Source of the DNA: Ophelia neglecta
Taxonomy: Eukaryota
DNA length: 64,000 nt
Assembly: GCA_965285935.1 (NCBI GenBank)
Contig: OZ260663.1
Coordinates: forward strand, 63,736,001 to 63,800,000
Direction of reading: 5' to 3'
Made by a program: the position numbers and the translations under genes. Of this stretch, positions 56,901-64,000 are shown in pieces. The notes under the pieces are model-generated. The model did not search any database. It saw only the letters and a program-made list of their open reading frames with translations, and was not told the origin of the DNA. Positions within the stretch are counted from its first letter, which is position 1, and the number at the start of each line of letters is the position of its first letter.

Positions 56901-59172
56901 ATTGCAAATGTCTCTTCAGGAAACATAGGCCGGTTCATCAAGAAAAGGGACGCACGCTCGAACGGTTCAGGGGTCACTAATAACGCCGACACTCCAGATG
57001 GAGCAGACAAAAATATAGACAAAAGAAACGAGTTAATAACAAACACAATGCTCGCTGGAAATAATTCCCTGGCAGATATTGAGGAGGAGCTACTGGCAGT
57101 GCAGAGGGCTATTCAGGCGGCGGGCGAATCAGTGGATAGAGCCAGAAATGACACACAAATAACCATTGAAGCAGCAAAGGCGGAGGCTGAGGAAATTATT
57201 AGAAATGTAACCGAGGAAGCAACGAAATCCGTGGTATCGATACAAAGAGAGGCACGTGAACTTGTAGAAACAACGAAACAGAGTGGAGCTATGACATTGA
57301 ATGAAGTGAATGACACTGCCCGGGTTAGTGTTGATGCCGCTAAGAGGGAAGTCCAGCAAGCAATGGAGAGAGTAGAAACAGCCAAAGCGGAAGCTCAACA
57401 AATGTTAAATGACGTAAAAGACAAGGAAGAAGACACGATTGAAGCAGTGCGAAAGGAAGCAAAGCGGTTAGTGGATAGCGCTATATCCACAGCAAACAAA
57501 GCAAAAGAAAATGCAAAATCTGTTCAAGCTGAAGCCGAGAAATTGGTTCGTGAAACTCAGGCTCAAGTTGCTAATGACGTAGAAAAAGCAAAAGAAAAGG
57601 CAAATAAAACCATCGAAGACGCAAAAGAATTGGCGAAAGAGACCATAACGGTATCCAAAGAGAAAGCACAAGAACTTATTCAATTTTATAATAAACGGGC
57701 AACAAAGGCGGTGGAAAATGCTAAACTGGAAGCGGATAAGATAATTGCCCATTCTAAGAGAAAAGTTAAAAATATCGCAGAGAGTGTGCAAAGTAAAATA
57801 GAAGAACTTGGACAACATGGCAGAAATATGACGGAAGACGCAAATAAATTAGCAGTACAAGTAGCTGAAGATATTAAACGCCGCATTGGCATACTAAAAA
57901 ATGACATAGACACTGTCAAAACTAACGTTGAACAAACAGCGCGGGATGCAGCTGAGAAGGTCAAGAAATTTAGTGAAAATACGATCAAGGAACTCTCCGA
58001 AATGACGAAAGAGCTGATTGAAAAGAGTAATCGATATATCAACCAGCTCACAAAAACTGCTGGCCAGATTAAGCAAGATGCTGAACTTCTGGTCAGGGAA
58101 ATTGTCAAAGATGCACAAATTATGGCAGACAAAGCACAATTGGTCGCGAAGGTAGCCGCAAAAGAGGCCGAATCAGCTCTCAAAAAGGCTACAGAGGCCG
58201 CAAAGGCTGTTGCAAGGGAATTAGATAAAAATGCCAAAGCACTTGCTGTCCAGGCCGAGAAGGAGGCGCGAAGAGCGGCTGAAATTGCCCAGCGGGCCGC
58301 TACGATGGCCCTGCAAAGAGCAAAGGAAGCAGTAAAGAATGTACGTTCAGTTATATCTGCCGCCGCTAACGGCACCACAAAGGCCATTCTGGAAGCAGCC
58401 TCCAACGTGAGGTATTATTCACAAGAGGCGTTTAAAGTTGCCCGAGTTGCTGCGAATGAGGCCGCTAAAGGTATTCGTAAAGCTGCGGCGATCTTCGATG
58501 TAGCCCGGGTCGAGATAATTAAAGGGTTTGAAATGATGTCGATTGTTGCTGACAAGCTAGGAATAGAGAGAACAGGACAGGACCAATTTTGCTCCGAAGC
58601 AAAAGTAGTTTATTGCCAAGAGGTGTGAGCTCATTCTCGTTTTTTATTTATGGAAAACTAGGCATGTCGTGGAAACATGCTTGAATTTGTTTATAGTATA
58701 TAGATGATAAAGTCATATATAATTTATGTGATAACTCCATTAATATAAACCGCACACTCTTCGTTTCAGATAGCCAAAGCACATTATCACATGATATTTG
58801 TCTTTATATCATCGGTCTTCATCAACTTGAGCATGGTGAGTGTTGCTCATTATAATAAATGGCACATACATATAGTTTGTAAGTTATTACGTTTGATATT
58901 AGCTAGATAGGTGGCATACGCTAGATATATTTATATAAATTCGCATTAAAGTAAAACTTGAAATGGTTGCAATTCAGGTCCATTTCTTAATGGCAATGAC
59001 GGCCAACTATGTTCATGTGAAGCGGGAGTTGCGCGCCAGTGCCAGACGACAGCAGCTTAAAGACTATGCATTGGAAGAAGCCACCGCAATCAAAGAGGAC
59101 GAGCAACAGCCAAACTTGCCCAAATATGACTTCACAATGTCTGAAACAGGGTCTTTTATATCAAAAGTGTGA
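53908..59172 (+). CDS. Proteolipid protein family (PLP/DM20/M6) tetraspan with a giant second extracellular loop, ~993 aa, 7 exons
   Basis: Exons 53908-53926, 54328-54490, 54585-54738, 55308-55443, 56374-58622, 58770-58835, 58978-59172 join in frame (phases 1,2,0,1,0,0; 2982 nt). Family motifs: LSRLPCASLVAFIMCVGGIVVFSACLYEAV (TM1), TLSTGRTR (after TM2), LAYILHLVW (TM3), CINLSDYGLP, HFLMAMTANYVHVK (end of TM4). Confidence 0.88.
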
Positions 59173-60197
59173 GGAATATCTATTGGAATTTAATACAAAT
59201 TCATGACTTTTGTATTGAACTTTTGGTTCAAATATGCCTATAAGTGTGTCCATTATGTTTTCCATGTTTTTCCTAAATAACGTTAGACCTCCAAGGGGCA
59301 AATGCACATCTGCCCCGCTATATGTTTTCATACAATTACTATTTTTATATCCGGGTCAGCAACATACATTGCTGCATAACATATATTCTTTATCGTCATT
59401 TGCATTATAGATAATTATATGCACATTATCCCCATAAATACAAACAGAGCAATCCTACTATATAGGCCTATACTAATAAAATAACGAGCACTAATTTTAT
59501 TGTGATATAGCTGACATCTTATACGTGTGCAGTTCTCTATTTGACCTTCAACGGGTCTCGAAAAAGAGCAAAAATTAGACAAAAAGACGTAGGTTTCAGA
59601 AGAGAAGGGGTATCATGATCTGCAGGCACCAGGTAATTTGTTGCCAGATATTTTGAAGGTGTTGGTAGGAGACCCAGCGGTTTGAATTGAGTGAGCGAAG
59701 GGAAAGAGTCTGTCTATAGTAGAGGTTAAAGAAAAAAGGAAATGTTTTATATAAATCTCTTGCATCTTTGCCTACAGCCATTAACATTAAATGTTATAGT
59801 CTTATTGCAAAATTAAAACCTTTCATACTTGTCTATATATTTTTATTGAAAAAGTGCTCGTTAAGGCCTATTCGAAAATGAGATTTGTCTAGTTGTGTCT
59901 GCCTCATTAAACTTGTACATTAATTCAAATTACAAGCGACAATTGGGGTGTCTTTATATAAATATATTTAACAGTTTGACAAAAGTCCACATTAGGCCTA
60001 AGCCAAGTAAATTTCATGTTAGTAAGGTGTGTTTTCCATATAGGTCAGACAGATGTGTGTCTGGGTTAACAATCCCGTTGATATTTTGTCAAAGAATATA
60101 TTATATATGCCGGTAAAAAAAAACAACTCGCAGAACAATGTAGCCTGCCCACCACCATGATTCTTGTCTCAAATAGGTTTCGCTAACAATCTTGTGA

Positions 60198-62036
60198 TTA
60201 AGTTATAGGCTGGTTAATATCCTGAAACGAGTCAATTTTTGGTTTTTGTGTTGACACCACCTGAATGGTTTTGACGCGTTTGATAGGCGATGGAGTTTCA
60301 GAAACATCATCCCCGTTACGTATCTTGTTGTCATCATCCGATTTTCGGTCCAAGCAGTAATGAAATAGACAAATGATGAATTCGATCATCTCTACCAGAG
60401 TTATGATAGAGACGCCAACCCAGAGACTGAGCTGTCCTCCAACGTCGCTGGCAAGCTGCGTAAGGCTATAACCCTCTGTTTCAATAATCTTGAAAATGCT
60501 CGTATCGGATACGTAGACACTCAAACGTAGAAAATTCTTGTCTTTGACAAATTTCTCGTAATGTTCAAAAGAAGGACGGGTGTTGTCGGGAGTGTGGACG
60601 CTACTGAAATATCTATGTGCTTTGTCCTCCGGAAAATTATTCAGAAAACTTTGGCCATGCAGGATTTCCTTCACGAGATCTCGCGACTGCTCTTCCATGG
60701 GCCAATCGGAGAGACTGTAAACAAAATTATACTCGTCCTCCCGGCAACTAGGTGTGCAGTCGCATGATTCCCAAGCCGAGAGGTTTTTAGAAATGTTATT
60801 TCTTGTGGTTCGCATACAACTTATGCGTTTAAACCATTTCTCCAAAATCGGACGACAAGATTCCAGGTTTGCTTCCACCTGGTTCCTACCAATACAATGT
60901 TCGGGAAGTTGGTCAAATGCCGCACAGAATGTAAAGTTTTCGGTGCCAGGTATTGGTAGACTTGGGTCGGCACAGCCACACGACTCGGTCACCAGATCCT
61001 GAAGACACATCTTTTTACAGGAGGTCATGGTGTAGGTGTAGTTAAGAAAGCTTCCCAGCTTCTGACGATGCGTGCAGTTACCATGAGGGGGTCCAAGACG
61101 CTCTTGTTGGGTGAGTTGGACCCCGAGGTACACAGCCATCCCACGAGGGATATTAATGCCATCGGTTAGGGGAAAAGGGATGGTGTTTGGCCGGTGTATT
61201 ACAACTCTCACACCTTCCCCTCCTATAGTCAGCTCTTGATTAACTGACAACAATCCCTTTGCATCGCCAGAGTAGTTCATAATCCCTATTGTGGGTACAA
61301 ACAAGACCAATGACAAACCATAATCCGGGCCCTCGTATATAGTCGCATGGGAATTCGACAAGGAAGTGTCAAAAGTGAAACAGTTGAAATAAGCAGGGTC
61401 CAGAAACTGAGTGAAGTTATGGTGAGAACAATACGCTCCAGCGTACTCACAGAACGCTACGAACTCGGCTTTTTGGATTCCTCCTTCCTTTGCTGCGGTA
61501 ACATTCATATTGGCGGCAACGGTCATTCGAGACAGCATGTCCTTTTCGGCGTTCCAAGAAAACAAGGAGTCGTTCAATTCCCGCGAAAGAATTTCAGCGA
61601 ATGCAGAGTACGACTGTTTCAGGTTTACAAACTGAATGACACTTGACTCAAAGGCTGGAAAGTTTGAATTTTCTTTGCCGGTATAGTTAAGGTCAACGCC
61701 AAATTTCCACCTTGGCATATCACTTCCGTTGTAAACAATTTCACCAAGGCTATGTATGTCCATTGATCGTATGTTACAAATGGACACTGCTGGGAAAGGC
61801 ACTGCCTCATTTGAAATATCCAATCGAACCGATTTTGGATAAGAATTGTATCGATTTAACAATATAATTCCTTGAGTAATAAGCATGCTTAGCGCACAAA
61901 TGCAAGTGCATGTCCAGAAGATCTTTCCCGTGACTGATTGAGAATGCGCAAGCCTGGGTATTCCGTGTGCCGATGATTGTTTCGCAAACTTCTTTGCAAT
62001 GTCCTTCATTTTTCCCAATAGGTTTGGGTATTTCAT
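60198..62036 (-). CDS. DEG/ENaC family channel subunit, FaNaC-like, 612 aa, intronless CDS
   Basis: SSAHGIPRL (HG motif), TM1, FPAVSICN, YFNCFTF, GPDYGLSL, GVRVVIH, Cys-rich thumb CKKMCLQ..CGCADPSLP and CDCTPSC, TM2 SDVGGQLSLWVGVSIITLVE. In-frame stop just upstream of the ATG. Confidence 0.95.
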   Translation of the reverse strand: MKYPNLLGKMKDIAKKFAKQSSAHGIPRLAHSQSVTGKIFWTCTCICALSMLITQGIILLNRYNSYPKSVRLDISNEAVPFPAVSICNIRSMDIHSLGEIVYNGSDMPRWKFGVDLNYTGKENSNFPAFESSVIQFVNLKQSYSAFAEILSRELNDSLFSWNAEKDMLSRMTVAANMNVTAAKEGGIQKAEFVAFCEYAGAYCSHHNFTQFLDPAYFNCFTFDTSLSNSHATIYEGPDYGLSLVLFVPTIGIMNYSGDAKGLLSVNQELTIGGEGVRVVIHRPNTIPFPLTDGINIPRGMAVYLGVQLTQQERLGPPHGNCTHRQKLGSFLNYTYTMTSCKKMCLQDLVTESCGCADPSLPIPGTENFTFCAAFDQLPEHCIGRNQVEANLESCRPILEKWFKRISCMRTTRNNISKNLSAWESCDCTPSCREDEYNFVYSLSDWPMEEQSRDLVKEILHGQSFLNNFPEDKAHRYFSSVHTPDNTRPSFEHYEKFVKDKNFLRLSVYVSDTSIFKIIETEGYSLTQLASDVGGQLSLWVGVSIITLVEMIEFIICLFHYCLDRKSDDDNKIRNGDDVSETPSPIKRVKTIQVVSTQKPKIDSFQDINQPIT

Positions 62037-63499
62037 ATCGGCTTTTCAATGGTCCAGGACCAAATGCATGGCTTTTACCATCCGGATAAACCCATATCCT
62101 GGCGCCAAACGAAGCAGGAAGTTGATGTCATTGAGTTTGCTCAAAACTGCGTTGCTGAGCTTAACTGTTTATGGTGCTGACTTCGGTCGATTTAACTTCG
62201 CACAAACTTGTCAGAATCACTAAATCCCACCATCATAATAACGCACTTCACTTGGAGTATAAGATCAATTTGCCAATTTTTGGATTTCAATGAAGCTTAC
62301 CTTGCGAAAGGACATGGTTCCTTTGTTAACGCTATAGCCTAGCGACTGAATTAATCAGTTAATGTACTGTAGTTAAGCCATGAGCAGGCGAGCCGTGAGT
62401 TCAGCTGCATCTTTCTGGCTAACACATAGGCCCATACGGTGTTATTGATTACATATACTGAAGATGACGTCAAACATTCAAAACACCTTTCTTTGCTTTA
62501 TTTATGTTATCGTAAATAAATTTACCATCCCACTTTGAGGCCGTTCAAGGATCGTTGAGAAGATGAGTTTGGCCAGTCTCAATTTCCTTCGGGCTACATA
62601 ACCTGAAAGAAAACGACCCTGCCATGTGCTCAATCCCATGGTGATCGACCGCGGAGAGCCTTGAATGGTGCTTTACCACGCAGGGAAGGGCTTTCCGCTT
62701 ATCAGAAAAGTCAGCTTCCCTCGGTGAGTTACCGTAAGGTACTCTAGTGAATAAATTTGCCTACATATTAATGATCAACCACATATTATCAATAGACAAG
62801 GTATATTAACCAATTGTCAAGCTGTCCAAATAGAAACACAATACAGTGGCACCTTCATTATCCCGCTTCTAGGGATTGCCAAATCAATGAACAAGTTGAC
62901 ATTACCCTTAAATTATTAAGACTGGATCTTTTGATAGCCATGGGAGGGAGGGGAAGGTTTAAAGGGTCTTTTCTATGTCATAAAGCATCTTACACATTTT
63001 AAAAAGTTGGTCATTTTTGTTTTGGCTCAAATATAAATTTTAAATCTTTTTTTTTTTTGCATAGTTTGGTAACATGTAAGTTAGGTTTACTCTTCATTAT
63101 TAAAATGTAAGGAATATTAAAACAGGCATGCTTTAGCGTTTTTTTTTTTTTTTTTTTTTCTTGCAGTCGTATTCAATTAACAATGAATATGAAATAAATG
63201 CCAGTATTTTTTGCTTAGTAATATCTATAATATTTATAATTATTATATTCAATACGTTCAATATATGTATATTCAAAACTAAATGGATTATGGGTCTCAA
63301 CTGAAAAAGTTCTAAAAGCTCATATTAATTGTTAACATATATAAACAAATCCAGTCTGGGTACAAGGTGAACCCGGACTAGGATTTTACCGGAGGCCCAA
63401 ATTAAATCTGTCACTGCTTCTTTAATACATACCAGGAACATACCACTCTCATACAGCTTGTCTAGAACAGGTAAAGGAATCTGATAATACTAAATTGCA

Positions 63500-63740
63500 T
63501 AGACCACCCTTTAGACCACCCTTTAGACCACCGCATTTCGCGGATATAATTAATGAATTATTATTAATATTAGTACAAAGGTCAAAATCAATATGGATCA
63601 TCCTCAGTGGGTAGGTGATCCATAAAAATATAGATCTATATATACAAAATATAATCTCAAGTTATCGCACTATCAGCTAAAATCTGCGGCAGCAACGGTA
63701 AGACCAATTCCATAATATCCGCATTTTGCGGATATAATCT
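63500..63740. repeat. Short tandem and dispersed repeats
   Basis: TAGACCACC(CTT) three times at ~63500-63532; CGCATTT(C/T)GCGGATATAAT at ~63532 and ~63720. Confidence 0.7.
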
Positions 63741-64000
63741 AATTAACACTCAGCCAAATTGTTTCATATGTCAATGGATATATTTAAAACACAAGGATGT
63801 CTTCAATTCAAGGGAATGTTCATTTTGCAGATTGCAAATTGTATAACAAACTGTCCTCCAAATTACACTATGCAACCTTCAGAAGTACTAACAAAGCTCT
63901 AAGGAAAGGTAAGGATATAGCTCTATTGGCTGTTAAAAGCAGCATCTACGCATGCCTACTTTAATTTCACTCATTCCATCATTCCCATTAAAAGATATAA

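Noticed and set aside
56273-58405. Several minus-strand ORFs (up to 239 aa) over the giant exon
   Set aside because: Antisense shadows of a biased Ala/Glu/Lys-rich coding frame, with no independent motifs.
56556-58628. 690-aa ORF as a stand-alone coiled-coil gene or bacterial DivIVA-like transfer
   Set aside because: It begins at GTG, stays open upstream to a strong acceptor at 56373 and has a donor at 58623, with phases matching the flanking proteolipid exons.
1-64000. CRISPR arrays, tRNA/rRNA genes, prokaryotic operons
   Set aside because: The DNA is eukaryotic and spliced. I saw no repeat-spacer array or recognisable structural RNA by eye, though small snoRNAs cannot be excluded without a covariance-model search.

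Overview
AT-rich, intron-containing animal DNA, probably from a lophotrochozoan-type invertebrate (inferred from a FaNaC-like channel and the repeat types; not provable here). Splice phases were traced by hand. Genes in order: ankyrin-repeat/SOCS-box protein (-), centrin-3 (+, head-to-head with it), small Rieske protein RFESD-like (-), HDHD2 (-), AEN/ISG20L2-like DEDDh exonuclease (+), a convergent cluster of small signal-peptide/single-TM genes that I cannot assign to a family (38.3-47.0 kb), HYPK (+), a proteolipid (PLP/DM20/M6-family) gene (+), and a DEG/ENaC channel with an intronless CDS (-). Several MITEs and a LINE relic are also present. Two things stand out. First, the PLP/M6 gene keeps the 7-exon architecture of the family, but exon 5 is 2249 nt, inserting about 725 aa of glycosylated, largely 11-residue-repeat helix between the extracellular cysteines. 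Second, three paralogous TM exons are served by only two 64-nt signal-peptide exons, suggesting an unrecognised microprotein family with alternative 3' modules.
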